DNA from: Gammaproteobacteria bacterium
GTDB lineage: Bacteria > Pseudomonadota > Gammaproteobacteria > Acidiferrobacterales > SPGG2
Assembly: GCA_029861845.1 (NCBI GenBank)
Contig: JAOTYM010000004.1
Span: 6,995 to 70,994 of the forward strand
DNA length: 64,000 nt
Direction: 5' to 3'
The position numbers were made by a program, and so were the translations under genes. Under the pieces are notes generated by a model that was not told the origin of the DNA, searched no databases, and was given only the letters and a program-made list of their open reading frames with translations. This document shows positions 10,714 to 21,154 of the stretch, in pieces; position 1 is the stretch's first letter; each line of letters starts with the position of its first letter.

Positions 10714-11313
10714 GTGAGTGACGACAAAAACTTAAGTAAAGAATGGTGGGATAACCATTACACCGATGGTCACATACCCTGGGATAGGCAAGGTGTAAGT
10801 CCGGCGCTGTATCACTGGCTCGAGGCAGGTACGCTGACTCCTGGACGCATTCTGTTACCTGGCTGTGGGCGTGGCCACGAAGTAGTAGTGTTAACACGTT
10901 ATGGTTTCGATGTCACCGCCGTGGATGTCGCGCCGACGGCGATTGCCTTTCTGCGGCAGCGTCTACGCGAGCAGCGATTGCACGCGGACGTTCGACAGGT
11001 CGACTTGTTGGCGTGGGAAGCTGATGGCACCTACGATGCGATCTATGATCAAACCAGTTTGTGTGCGATGGTACCGTCGCAGTGGCGGGACTACGAGCGG
11101 CGCTTGCACCGCTGGCTTCACTCGGATGGCCGGCTATTCATACTCTTTATGCAAACGGAGCGACCGGGCGGTCCGCCATTTCACTGCGATTTGTCGGAAA
11201 TGCGACGGTTGTTTTCGCAAGTTCGTTGGCGCTGGTCAGACGAACCGCCTTTGGAAGTTCCTCATTCAGTGGGATTCGTAGAGCAGGGTTGTGTGTTAGG
11301 TCGAAAGAATTGA
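10714..11313 (+). CDS. thiopurine S-methyltransferase-like (TPMT / thiol-halide) methyltransferase
   Basis: IPWD, LLPGCGRGHE, YDQTSLCA, GGPPF motifs. Confidence 0.8.
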   Translation: MSDDKNLSKEWWDNHYTDGHIPWDRQGVSPALYHWLEAGTLTPGRILLPGCGRGHEVVVLTRYGFDVTAVDVAPTAIAFLRQRLREQRLHADVRQVDLLAWEADGTYDAIYDQTSLCAMVPSQWRDYERRLHRWLHSDGRLFILFMQTERPGGPPFHCDLSEMRRLFSQVRWRWSDEPPLEVPHSVGFVEQGCVLGRKN

Positions 11314-11315
11314 AA

Positions 11316-12332
11316 TCAGGGGCTCGAGCCGTCCAAGAACGATGCGGGCCAAGACAGCACATCTTTTCGTTCGGTGAAACTGACTACCTTATTGTCTATC
11401 ACTACTGGCCCGGCAACGAGCTCATTTATTTCTTTGTGATGCCATAATCGTTTTCCGGTTGTAGCATTATAAGCGGCAAGTTCTGCTTGGTTGGTACCAA
11501 CCAAAACGACGTCATTTGTGATATGCGGCAAGTAATGTAGTCGACCGTTAAGCTGTTGCTCCCATATGAGGTGACCGTCGCTCAGGGCTCTTGCTTGAAC
11601 GCGGCCGTCGAAGGTCCCAAAATAGAGCCGTCCGTCAGATATTGCGGGTGGGAAACTGGGTGTTTCACCCTTAACACGCCAACGAATCTCGCCGTTACGC
11701 GCATTAACCATCAGCACTTCGCCGCTGAATAATGTGGCGACAACCCCGCCACCAGGCACGGCTACCGGTCGATACACCAACTCCTGCACTAGCACCTTTT
11801 TCCACAGCTGATCACCCGTTTTTGCGTCAATCGCTCTAAGCACGCCCTCCTTGCCACCCACCACCAGCCGACCTTGGAAAATCGCCGGTGTGTAGATCCA
11901 ACCGCCATAGTCGCGACGCCAGACCACGTGACCGGTGTCGATAGAAACCGCCCGCACCGAGCCATCAATCCCACCTATGTAGGCAATGTTGTTGGCAGTC
12001 GCTGGTGGAAACAACGTACTCTTGGACATAATGCGCCATAGACTGCGACCCGTGGCGGGATCAAGCGCGTGCAGACCGGTTGTACTACCAACTAGTATTG
12101 CCGTGGGGGTGGCTACCGGTTCTAAAGTGTTTAATCCAGCGAGCACATGCCAAACCGGCTTTAGAGTGAACCGCTGAAACCGGCTGACACCGTGGCCCGA
12201 TAGGTACACTGCATCGTCGACGATCGCGGGATTAGTAGGGTAAATGAACGACCCGGTGTCAGCCCTGGCCGTACACCATGCCAAGAAGAAACAACATGCG
12301 ATCTGGACGCTTGCTTTCATTTTCCTGCCCAC
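11316..12332 (-). CDS. secreted PQQ-like beta-propeller repeat protein (BamB-like fold)
   Basis: signal peptide; repeated A(L/I)DxxTG..W motifs. Confidence 0.8.
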   Translation of the reverse strand: MGRKMKASVQIACCFFLAWCTARADTGSFIYPTNPAIVDDAVYLSGHGVSRFQRFTLKPVWHVLAGLNTLEPVATPTAILVGSTTGLHALDPATGRSLWRIMSKSTLFPPATANNIAYIGGIDGSVRAVSIDTGHVVWRRDYGGWIYTPAIFQGRLVVGGKEGVLRAIDAKTGDQLWKKVLVQELVYRPVAVPGGGVVATLFSGEVLMVNARNGEIRWRVKGETPSFPPAISDGRLYFGTFDGRVQARALSDGHLIWEQQLNGRLHYLPHITNDVVLVGTNQAELAAYNATTGKRLWHHKEINELVAGPVVIDNKVVSFTERKDVLSWPASFLDGSSP

Positions 12333-12446
12333 TCTGGTTTAGAGCGTCATCGTCACATTGTAGTTTCTCACGGTGTCCCGCGGCGAATTCTCAACCGATG
12401 TATCGTAATGACAATTCCGGGATTAAGATATCCAACCATCCACGCT

Positions 12447-13898
12447 ATGAAGATCACCGCACAAGATCTATATAACTACACGAAATGCGCCCATCGTGTC
12501 TACCTGGACGCACATGGCGACCGCACCGAAAGGAGCGAGGCTAGTGCCTTTGTCGAGCTCCTTTGGGAGATGGGCCTGCAGAATGAACGCGCGTATATGG
12601 AAGCCATGCCCAACCGCGCCTATGTCGATCTTCAGTCTATGGACATAGATGCGGCGTGCAGGCATTCGGTCGAGTTGATGGCGGCTGGCACCGACATAAT
12701 CTTCCAGGGTGGAATCAAGGCAAATAATTGGGTTGGTCGGCCCGACCTTCTAGTTAAGCACGCGGACCACAGTTCGCAACTCGGCGAGTTCTATTACGAG
12801 CCCATTGATATTAAGGCAGGCAAGGGTTGGGAGGAACATAGCCGCGACCGTCGCCGATTCAAATCGCACTATGCGTTTCAGGTCATGTTCTATCGCGAAA
12901 TTCTGAAGCGAATACAGGGTTATGTGCCACTGACCGCACGCATAATTAATATCAACAAAGAGATAGAGGAATTCGATCCTCAGGAGTTCTCGCTATCGTT
13001 CCAAACCGCCCTGCGAGAGGTAGAAGAGTTAATCTCGGGCCGTGAAACTTCAGAGCCGGTTCTTGGCAGCGGGTGCCACCAATGCCATTGGTATGCCAAG
13101 TGTCGGCGTTGGGTTGAAGGTACGCGCGACCCAAGCGGTCTGTATTTTGTCGGTAAGGTGAAGTTTGACCTTAAGAAGGTCGGACTGGCCAATATCTACG
13201 ATATCGCGGAGATGGATGTTGACGACTATGTCCGCGGGCCAAAGAAGATCGCAGGTATGGGTCAGGCTAGTCTTGTGCGCATGAAAGAACGCGCACGTGT
13301 CATGTTGCGGGGCACACCCCGTATTCGCCCGGGCTACACGTTTCCCGATTCCGATCGCGAGATCTATTTTGATATTGAAGATGACCCCACGCGTAACCTT
13401 ACCTATCTATTCGGCCTAGTTGTACGCGAGCGCTCAGGCGCTGAGCGATTTCAATGCTATGTTTCAACCACCCCACAAGCGGAAGAAGACACGGTACGTC
13501 GTTTTTGGAGATTCGTTGAGGGCACGTCAAACGCCACATTTTATGTTTATTCTTCAAAGGAACGCGTGACCTTGAGACGATTGATGGAGCGCTACGAGTT
13601 GGATGCGGAAGTCTTCGAACGCTACCTCCAGCAAGAGTACGATCTCTACACGGATCTTGTGGTTAAATATTCGGATTGGCCGACTTATTCCTATGGCATT
13701 AAGCAAATTGCTAATCGGGTTGGATTCAGTTGGCGCGATCGCGATCCCAGTGGTGCGAATTCGATCGCATGGTACAACGAGTACCTCAAACAGCCAGACC
13801 GTCGAGACTTGCTAGAGCGTATCCTGCAATACAATGAGGATGATTGCCGAGCAATGATTGCGGTAAAGGACTATTTCCAGGGACATAATACCAACTAG
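12447..13898 (+). CDS. TM0106-family RecB-like nuclease with C-terminal RNase H-like domain
   Basis: GRPDLL...YEPIDIK (PD-D/ExK), C...CxxCxxxxxC, FDIEDDP, YGIKQIA...GFSWRD, YNEDDCRA. Confidence 0.8.
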   Translation: MKITAQDLYNYTKCAHRVYLDAHGDRTERSEASAFVELLWEMGLQNERAYMEAMPNRAYVDLQSMDIDAACRHSVELMAAGTDIIFQGGIKANNWVGRPDLLVKHADHSSQLGEFYYEPIDIKAGKGWEEHSRDRRRFKSHYAFQVMFYREILKRIQGYVPLTARIININKEIEEFDPQEFSLSFQTALREVEELISGRETSEPVLGSGCHQCHWYAKCRRWVEGTRDPSGLYFVGKVKFDLKKVGLANIYDIAEMDVDDYVRGPKKIAGMGQASLVRMKERARVMLRGTPRIRPGYTFPDSDREIYFDIEDDPTRNLTYLFGLVVRERSGAERFQCYVSTTPQAEEDTVRRFWRFVEGTSNATFYVYSSKERVTLRRLMERYELDAEVFERYLQQEYDLYTDLVVKYSDWPTYSYGIKQIANRVGFSWRDRDPSGANSIAWYNEYLKQPDRRDLLERILQYNEDDCRAMIAVKDYFQGHNTN

Positions 13899-14395
13899 CG
13901 AATCAGTCGAACCTCATCACCTATCCGAAGGGCACCTCCTTCGATGATTCGAGCCGTTATGCCGCCGTGTCCACGTACGGCGTTGTAACCGCCTGGGCCT
14001 AGTGCCTCCTCCATCCGCGAACACGGATGACAAAGACCAGTGCCTTCTAGGGTGACCGCCCCGATCAGAAAATATTTGTCTTTCAAAGCTAATAAGTTGA
14101 TGCCGGATACGATGAGGTTGCGACGCAAAAGCGACGGGTCACATCGATGCTCGATACCACAGAGTGCAGCTATTACGGGTAAATGCTCAGCCTGGATCAG
14201 GGTTACCTGGCGCTTGCCACCTACGCGCAACGCACTACGGTCACCGTCAAGTCCACGATCGGTCTGTGCCAGCACTTCCTCTAGCAATGTCATTGGCGAT
14301 CGATGGGCTGGGCGTAGGCCTATCCACTCCAAGCGTCCAACTTGCGGTATGGTAGATAGGAGCTGCGACAGGCTATATTGGCGACTAGCGGTCAT
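13895..14395 (-). CDS. MOSC domain protein
   Basis: RQVTLI, LRRNL, CHPCSRME, RGHGGITARI. Confidence 0.85.
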   Translation of the reverse strand: MTASRQYSLSQLLSTIPQVGRLEWIGLRPAHRSPMTLLEEVLAQTDRGLDGDRSALRVGGKRQVTLIQAEHLPVIAALCGIEHRCDPSLLRRNLIVSGINLLALKDKYFLIGAVTLEGTGLCHPCSRMEEALGPGGYNAVRGHGGITARIIEGGALRIGDEVRLIR

Positions 14396-14504
14396 GGAAG
14401 ACTGATATCTGAGCTTGTCGCAAATGAAAGTGTCATAGCACGCGGTTTGCGGCGAGCGTTGCAATCTTACCGTATAATGAAGGGGTCGGCCCTAATTCTG
14501 GGGA

Positions 14505-15221
14505 GTGTCTATGCGTACTATTATGTTGCTCAATGCGAAAGGCGGCTCGGGCAAAAGCACGCTGGCAACAAACATCGCGGCGCATTATGCGACACAGGGC
14601 AAGGCGGTAGTGTTGGCGGATTTCGATCCCCAGGGTTCTAGCTTGCAATGGCTGAAAGTGCGACCCGACGATCGTCCGTCAATTCAAGGTACGGCGGTGT
14701 GGCGTGATACACCACGTATAGCAAATGGTACTGATTACGTCATCATGGATGTTGCGTCGGGCCACCACGGTAAGCAGCTCCATACCCTGATGCGTTACGC
14801 TCAAACCATTGTCGTACCCGTGCTACCTTCCCCGATAGACATCCGGGCTGCCACTATTTTCATTCAAGAGTTGCGTCAAGCAGGCGAAGTGAGTCAAAGG
14901 GATATTCAAGACGCGCCGCTTGCAGCTTTCTTTAAGCGAATGCTCGGTGGTAGCAGGCGGTTGAAACCAAAGTTGGGTGTAATAGCAAATCGTGTACGGG
15001 AGAATACGGTAGCGTATGATGCCCTGTACGATTTTCTGGATCGACTGAAAGTACCATTTCTTACCACATTACGTGATACGCAGAATTACATTCAGGCGGC
15101 GGAACGTGGGCTGGGATTATGCGAGCTTGCTCCGGCACAAGTAGCCTACGACATGGAGTTGTGGGAGCCCTTAATAAGATGGCTCAGCAGCAAACGCAGT
15201 TTACCAGCATCACCTCGGTAG
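14505..15221 (+). CDS. short ParA/MinD-family ATPase
   Basis: KGGSGKST deviant Walker A, DFDPQGS, PVLPSPID. Confidence 0.85.
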   Translation: MSMRTIMLLNAKGGSGKSTLATNIAAHYATQGKAVVLADFDPQGSSLQWLKVRPDDRPSIQGTAVWRDTPRIANGTDYVIMDVASGHHGKQLHTLMRYAQTIVVPVLPSPIDIRAATIFIQELRQAGEVSQRDIQDAPLAAFFKRMLGGSRRLKPKLGVIANRVRENTVAYDALYDFLDRLKVPFLTTLRDTQNYIQAAERGLGLCELAPAQVAYDMELWEPLIRWLSSKRSLPASPR

Positions 15222-15269
15222 GTGGCTAGCCTTGAGCGCGCACCACTGGGGCCGAGACAAGGCAGCAGT

Positions 15270-16106
15270 ATGATGAATGCGGGAGAACGTTGGCAACAAC
15301 TCGTCGGTATGTCAGACGAAGCCTTGGATCTTGCCGAAGCGGCGTTAACCATCGCCCAACAGGAATACCCACACCTAAATATCGCTAGTTATATGAAACG
15401 GCTTGATGAGCTAGCAGATGCCGTTCGTGCGCGGGTGATGCCGGATGCCACGCCGGAGCATATTGTTGCTACCATGAATCATTATTTCTTCAAGGAGCAG
15501 GGGTTCACCGGTAATAATGAGGATTACTACGACCCTCGAAACAGTTTTCTGAACGAGGTTCTGGACCGCAAATTAGGTATCCCGATCACCTTGTCTATCG
15601 TCTATATGGAAGTTGGCCGCCGCCTAGATCTGCCATTAGAGGGCATCGCATTTCCCGGACATTTTTTGGTTAAGCTGCCGCTAAAACAGGGTAACGTCAT
15701 CTTGGATCCGTACCTAGATGGAATATCACTTAGCGAGGAAGATCTACACGAGCGTCTTAGGCAAGTTTACGGTGAGGCGCACATGGAGATGTCGTTGGAT
15801 CGGCTGCTCGACAGTGCCAATAAGAAAGAAATTCTTGCGCGTATATTGCGAAATCTCAAGACCATCTATCTTCGCACTGATGAATTCGACAAGGCACTGT
15901 CGGTGGTCGAACGGATTCTCTCGATTGCGCCGCACAGCGCCGAGGATTTACGAGACCGGGGGCTGATATATCAACGGTTGGAATGTGTTCACGCCGCGCT
16001 GGAAGATCTGCGCAATTATTTCGACCTCGCACCGGACGCGAGCGACGCCGTGGATATTCGAGCGCGCATTATTGAGCTGCAAGGTCAAGCCTCCACCCTA
16101 CATTAA
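15270..16106 (+). CDS. SirB1/YchA-family transglutaminase-like protein with TPR
   Basis: YYDPRNSFL, GIPITLS, FPGHFLV, RDRGL; start placed at MMNAGE. Confidence 0.85.
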   Translation: MMNAGERWQQLVGMSDEALDLAEAALTIAQQEYPHLNIASYMKRLDELADAVRARVMPDATPEHIVATMNHYFFKEQGFTGNNEDYYDPRNSFLNEVLDRKLGIPITLSIVYMEVGRRLDLPLEGIAFPGHFLVKLPLKQGNVILDPYLDGISLSEEDLHERLRQVYGEAHMEMSLDRLLDSANKKEILARILRNLKTIYLRTDEFDKALSVVERILSIAPHSAEDLRDRGLIYQRLECVHAALEDLRNYFDLAPDASDAVDIRARIIELQGQASTLH

Positions 16107-16376
16107 TGCCCGGGGCGGGTGTGCCCCAAATGGGCAAACCATGGCCGATTCTGGCGCTAAGCCAGCGTGACTGCATGCGCCACTGCCGTTTTTGGGCGGT
16201 TGGCGCTGCTTCAAGCCCTTAAAGGATAAGTGTTTTTTTGATTTAGGAGTATCAGTTTAACTGCCAGCGGCAACCGCGGACAGTTAGTACCGCTCGCTCG
16301 CGCCAATATTTGCCGGCGGTGGTCCCTGCCCTTGAAAACAGGCCCATAATAGCGGTCTAGACGACCAAATGATGGC

Positions 16377-16392
16377 TGGCATGAGATATGCA
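16377..16392 (+). promoter_or_regulatory. sigma54 promoter
   Basis: TGGCATGAGATATGCA, GG-N10-GC, about 95 bp upstream of the 16486 gene. Confidence 0.55.
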
Positions 16393-16485
16393 AGATCGCC
16401 TGTGTATGCAGTCTACTGCGATACCGATGGGCCAACGGGCAACAACTCAACTATCGTCCCGCGGCCACTAGCGAAGGAGTAACCC

Positions 16486-16710
16486 ATGAGTATGCAACAA
16501 GTACAGATGGTCATTATTGATCTTGAGGATGGCAGCCGCGGAGTGTTTATCGGTACGCCGATAACCTCGGATCAGTTTATGGACGAGGACTGCACGGTAG
16601 AGCAGGTTTGGTTCACCAACATCCAGTCGATTCCCAAGAAGGCGACGCTGGAGCAAGTTGTACAAATGGCGCTGGCCCAGATCGAAGCGCCGACGGGAAT
16701 GCTTCAATAA
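16486..16710 (+). CDS. hypothetical acidic small protein
   Basis: AAGGAG RBS; 74 aa; TAATG overlap with the next gene. Confidence 0.65.
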   Translation: MSMQQVQMVIIDLEDGSRGVFIGTPITSDQFMDEDCTVEQVWFTNIQSIPKKATLEQVVQMALAQIEAPTGMLQ

Positions 16711-17201
16711 TGAGCCAACGTGACGATACGCTCGCTCTACGGTGCAAGGTAGAACTGGCGGATTGGAATGAAACTGCGGGCAGTGGTTGTACGCTTACCC
16801 TGCGCGTACCCGATGCCGAAAGCGTGGGTATACTGAAGGCGGCTTTCGCGCGACACGCGAACGACCCTGACCCCCGTTACTTACTGCATCTACTCAAGAT
16901 GGAAAATGAGCACTGCAGACGCGTAAATCCAGTTAGACGCGAGCGGCTTGAGAGCGCGCTTAAGGCTCAGCCGCTTTCCCGCAGCGCCTCAACGTTGTCC
17001 CGCGATCCTGACTTTTGGCGGTATCTAGAGAACATCGACTTTGCGACTGTCGAGGGTGAAGTTGATGCATTTCGTGCGCAACAATATATAAACAAGGTAT
17101 GCAATGTCCGTTGCCGTCTGGAGCTCGACCGGAATAGTGAAGCGGCCGAACAATACCAGAACGTTGTCATCAACGCCTTTCTTTCTTGGTTACGTTCTTA
17201 G
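16710..17201 (+). CDS. hypothetical protein resembling a prophage-encoded family
   Basis: TAATG-coupled start MSQRDD; ELADWNE..G, DPDFWRYL, INKVCNVRCRLELDRNSEAAEQY. Confidence 0.65.
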   Translation: MSQRDDTLALRCKVELADWNETAGSGCTLTLRVPDAESVGILKAAFARHANDPDPRYLLHLLKMENEHCRRVNPVRRERLESALKAQPLSRSASTLSRDPDFWRYLENIDFATVEGEVDAFRAQQYINKVCNVRCRLELDRNSEAAEQYQNVVINAFLSWLRS

Positions 17202-17232
17202 GCGTAACGCCCTATCCATTTTTCGTTTCTTA

Positions 17233-18387
17233 TCAGTTCGAATGTGGCCACTGGCGGTCACGTTCGATAAGCAGCGCATGGACGGCACGCCACAAACGCC
17301 AATAATCAATGATATTCTGATCCAGCTCCACGTGAACAAGGCCATTGATTAGAAATAGCTTTGTTTGTGCTGCCGGTAACGCCCGCGCTAAGGCGACACT
17401 TTCTGTGTAGGGAATAATAGAATCGTCGAAGCCATGAACGAGAATCACGCGCGCTGATAAATGGGCCAATTCGTAACTGTTCAAGCTTAGGGCCTGTATC
17501 TCAGCCCTCACCTCAGAGGGCAGCTGCGCAAACAAGGCGTTAGCGTTATCTACATCAGTGTTATTTATGAACTGGTAAACTGCGTGACCTTTAGGAGTGA
17601 GTTGCGATATAAGTTCCGCTGCGGCAGCACCTTGTTTTTTTAACATACGCTCGGCCACTTTCGACAAGATTTCTCGATCCGTGCGGTTGCCGAGTTTTTC
17701 AACATTACTCAGAACGAATACCCATTTTGCATAGTCATTGGGTTCGCGGTATTGCCATGCGTGTCCATCGTGATAGTAGCCCGTTGTGGCGAACATGAGC
17801 GTTGTTGACAGATCGTAATAACCACCAACGGCGAGGATAAAGCGTACATCGTGCTGAATCTCCGGTTTTAGGGCGGCCATGAAGGCCGGTGCGCTGGCGA
17901 CACTAAGCGCTACAATGCCTATGTTTTGCTCACTCGTGAGTTCGAGCGACGCCTTCATATAGGAAACCGCATCGACAACATAGCGTGTATTGTCGGCTCG
18001 TAGCTGTAGCTCGCGTAGCCCCAAGATGTCCGGCACTAAGACGATAAAACGCGCACGCGCGAGAGTGGCGGCGAACGCCACCAGGCGTGGGTTGTCCTTG
18101 CCCAATGGCGCCGCGCCATGGAGCAACACAATGCCGCCTAGGGCACGACCGATAGGATGATATACATCACCGAGGCGGCGTTGTTGCCCTATCTGATAAG
18201 CCACCGTCTTGCGCGTTAACGGTCCCGTCTCGGCCTTAGCAACGGAAGACGTAAGGTTAGCTAGCCCGAGTAACAATCGCGTAGTTTCGTAGGCCCGAAA
18301 AGGGGAACCAACTAGCAGCAGCAATAAAACTGTGGCCGACAGCACAAGGACAGTGATTACCCGCCTCTTGGTCAGGATCGACGCCAT
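17233..18387 (-). CDS. membrane-anchored alpha/beta hydrolase-fold protein
   Basis: N-terminal TM; LLHGA, ALSVA elbow, VHGFDDSIIP, LVHV. Confidence 0.7.
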   Translation of the reverse strand: MASILTKRRVITVLVLSATVLLLLLVGSPFRAYETTRLLLGLANLTSSVAKAETGPLTRKTVAYQIGQQRRLGDVYHPIGRALGGIVLLHGAAPLGKDNPRLVAFAATLARARFIVLVPDILGLRELQLRADNTRYVVDAVSYMKASLELTSEQNIGIVALSVASAPAFMAALKPEIQHDVRFILAVGGYYDLSTTLMFATTGYYHDGHAWQYREPNDYAKWVFVLSNVEKLGNRTDREILSKVAERMLKKQGAAAAELISQLTPKGHAVYQFINNTDVDNANALFAQLPSEVRAEIQALSLNSYELAHLSARVILVHGFDDSIIPYTESVALARALPAAQTKLFLINGLVHVELDQNIIDYWRLWRAVHALLIERDRQWPHSN

Positions 18388-18402
18388 GACGGGAAACGGT
18401 GC

Positions 18403-19965
18403 TTAGCCCACCCTTAGCGACGTACCGCCCCGGCGCGGGTCACCAGCACCAGTAAACGATTTATCAGCGGCATTGCGTTGCGCTACGTGAACCCCCCCGA
18501 AGAACAAATTACGATCCCGCCACAGCTTGTAATTAGGAAATTCTGCCGTAAGTTCGGCTAGCCCATCCAATTCGAATCCACCTTCGATGCTAAGCAGACC
18601 GTTCTCGAAGTGTATACGTGGGCTATCAACTGCAGCTTTGACAGGCATGCCGAAATCGATCAGATTCAGAAGGACCTGCAGCATAGCGGTTCGAATGCGA
18701 TTCGATCCGCCTGAACCCATTGCGACGCTAGACCCATCGGCACCGAACATCAGCGTTGGCGACAACATGGATGAGAGCCGGCGACCCGGTGCGCCGCGGT
18801 GAAATCCGCGTGGGTTAATGTCTTCCTCCCCCAGCATGTTATTGAGCATTATGCCGGTATTGGGGATGATGTATCCGGAGCCCTCCCCGTTGGAGGTTGT
18901 CATGCTAGCCATGTTTCCCTTGGCATCGATCACGCTAATATGTGTGGTGCCGCGCGTACTACTGGTATGTTCTAACACCGCGGTGCGATAGGCATGCAAC
19001 AGTCGGCTACCCAGCAGGGTGCGAGCTTTCGGGTATCCCTCAACCGCATGGTCATCGACAATGCTTTTTCTTACCTGCTGGGCTGACTCCATCGTACGTG
19101 CTAGTAGTCGCAGGTAAGCGGTTGTGCCAAAACCAAACGTGGACACATTGAGCTGTTCAAGCAGTTTGAGTGTGAAGGCGATTAACACACCGCCGGAGGA
19201 CGGTGGTGGATTTGTGAGCACGCGTGAGTTGTGATAGCTAAATGTCAGCGGCTTCCTCCTCACAACACGGTACTTGTGAAGGTCATTTTCGGTGATGCTG
19301 CCGCCGTGCTCACGACAATCCTTGATGATCTGTTTAGCAATATCGCCCCGGTAGAAAAGCGAATCACCTTCGTTGGCAAGGCTCTCAAGCGTATCGGCTA
19401 GATCCGGTTGCTTGAGTAGTTCACCTTCGGTGAGTAGTTGATCACTATTCGGATTGCGGTAGATAGCTAGTGCGGCCGGTGTAGACCTCAGAATCTTTTC
19501 AAGCACTACGAAAGAATATGCCTGTAGTTGATTCAGCTTCAAACCGTGGCGCGCAAACACAACCGCAGGCTCAATAATCTCCTTTATCGGCAGCGTGCAA
19601 AGCTCCCGATGAATTTTGAATAAACCTTTAACGATCCCGGGCGTAGCGATAGAACTCATGCCGATGTGAAATTCTTGTGTAGTGGTACCAAAATCGGCAG
19701 TGATGGGATAAAAATCCATCATCTCACTATCGCGACGATGAAGAGGTATTTGGGTAAAGAAGTCGTAGAGAAAATCGTAATCAGTGTTGGTGTGTGCCAA
19801 CAAGAAACCACCACCACCGAGTGACGTGAAAACGGGCTCTACCACGAACGCCGAAAACTGTGCGGCAAGAACCGCATCAAATGCGTTGCCGCCCGCCTGT
19901 AGGATAGTCTCGGCCGCTTCGACCGTACTCGGGTGGCCGGCGGAGATAATGCCTTTTGGTGTCAT
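18403..19965 (-). CDS. ggt: gamma-glutamyltransferase family protein
   Basis: GGNAFDA, TTHISV catalytic Thr, LNNMLGE, SSMLSP, GSGGS, GDPRRGG. Confidence 0.9.
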   Translation of the reverse strand: MTPKGIISAGHPSTVEAAETILQAGGNAFDAVLAAQFSAFVVEPVFTSLGGGGFLLAHTNTDYDFLYDFFTQIPLHRRDSEMMDFYPITADFGTTTQEFHIGMSSIATPGIVKGLFKIHRELCTLPIKEIIEPAVVFARHGLKLNQLQAYSFVVLEKILRSTPAALAIYRNPNSDQLLTEGELLKQPDLADTLESLANEGDSLFYRGDIAKQIIKDCREHGGSITENDLHKYRVVRRKPLTFSYHNSRVLTNPPPSSGGVLIAFTLKLLEQLNVSTFGFGTTAYLRLLARTMESAQQVRKSIVDDHAVEGYPKARTLLGSRLLHAYRTAVLEHTSSTRGTTHISVIDAKGNMASMTTSNGEGSGYIIPNTGIMLNNMLGEEDINPRGFHRGAPGRRLSSMLSPTLMFGADGSSVAMGSGGSNRIRTAMLQVLLNLIDFGMPVKAAVDSPRIHFENGLLSIEGGFELDGLAELTAEFPNYKLWRDRNLFFGGVHVAQRNAADKSFTGAGDPRRGGTSLRVG

Positions 19966-20130
19966 GATCGCATTTGCAATGTTGCAAGATCTATGGTCCA
20001 GAACGCAAGCGGACCTGCGATCGATTGTGGGCTTCTAGTCACGCGATTACATATCGCTTATGCTTTGAAATACCGACGCTCATAAGGCTTAGACTATGGC
20101 CGTTAGTAGGTAAGGATAGGGACGGGTGGC

Positions 20131-20616
20131 ATGAGATTCATTGTAGCTTCTTTTGTACTCGCTTCGACGCTTATACTAAGTGGCGGTTGTGCGAGTATCG
20201 GGACACCGGTGGATACGCCACATATAACCTTGGCTGGGGTGTGGCTGGTCGATCTAAATTTGCTGGAGCAGCGTTACCGCATACGTTTACGCATTCAGAA
20301 TCCTAATCCCTTTAGCCTAAATATTGATGGTTTGGACTATAGGGTTGAGATCAACGACAAGGAATTTGCCCGTGGTGTCAGCAACCAAGCGCTTAGCGTA
20401 CCCCGTTATGGGGTGAACGTACTGGAGGTCGAGGCGGTCAGTACCTTGGCCAGCATCATGCGTCAGCTGATGGAGTTAGAGAAGGGTGCACCAACCGCGC
20501 TCAAATATCGCGTAACCGGCAAGGTGAGTCTGCGCGATCGCGCGTTTCGGGTGCCGTTCGACTATCAGGGTGAATTTACGCTAGCGCCCGGGCCCGTCAG
20601 TAAGGTTGGATCGTGA
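20131..20616 (+). CDS. LEA type 2 / WHy domain lipoprotein
   Basis: lipobox-like LSGGCA; NPNPF motif. Confidence 0.85.
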   Translation: MRFIVASFVLASTLILSGGCASIGTPVDTPHITLAGVWLVDLNLLEQRYRIRLRIQNPNPFSLNIDGLDYRVEINDKEFARGVSNQALSVPRYGVNVLEVEAVSTLASIMRQLMELEKGAPTALKYRVTGKVSLRDRAFRVPFDYQGEFTLAPGPVSKVGS

Positions 20617-20690
20617 CAGTGGCAGATCGACATCCAACCCTCGCAGATAGACTTGATTTCATTGATGCGCTTGCCCGAGCACTCGTCGTG

Positions 20691-21152
20691 TTAGGTATTT
20701 CTAAACAGATTACGTAAGAATTGCCGTGCCTTCTCATGGATCCCTGGATGCCTGCTTTCGCGCGGTCCTGCGATATTAAGAGTTTCGATTTGCTGGTGTC
20801 GGAGCCACGTGGCTATTGTGTCCACGTCGGGCGTGTCCTGTAGGTCAACAATAAAGCAGGGTTTATTCCAGCGATGCGCCAACTCAACCGTCAACGCCGT
20901 GCCCCCCGTAAGCGGACGCGTGGCGATGATGAGCGTGCCATCGGCGTCAACAACGTTTCGCTCCGTGCGCTCGGCATATTCTGCGGAACGGGTCGGCTGT
21001 AGCGCATATCTGTCTGGAATTGTTCCGTCTTCGGCGCGCCGCCCGCGCGGACACCAACCCCCACATGGTATCTGCAGCTCAATTGCCACATCGAGGGCAG
21101 CCCGGTCGACACCGGTTTGACCACCTGAGATTATTTTGACTATCGGCAACAT
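20691..21152 (-). CDS. SLOG-family putative molybdenum carrier protein
   Basis: KIISGGQTGVDRAALD, GGWCP, RTERNV, LNIAGPRES. Confidence 0.85.
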   Translation of the reverse strand: MLPIVKIISGGQTGVDRAALDVAIELQIPCGGWCPRGRRAEDGTIPDRYALQPTRSAEYAERTERNVVDADGTLIIATRPLTGGTALTVELAHRWNKPCFIVDLQDTPDVDTIATWLRHQQIETLNIAGPRESRHPGIHEKARQFLRNLFRNT

Positions 21153-21154
21153 CG

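Noticed and set aside
16331-16350. CTTGAAA...CCCAT sigma32-like motif
   Set aside because: Spacer is only about 5 bp instead of 13-14
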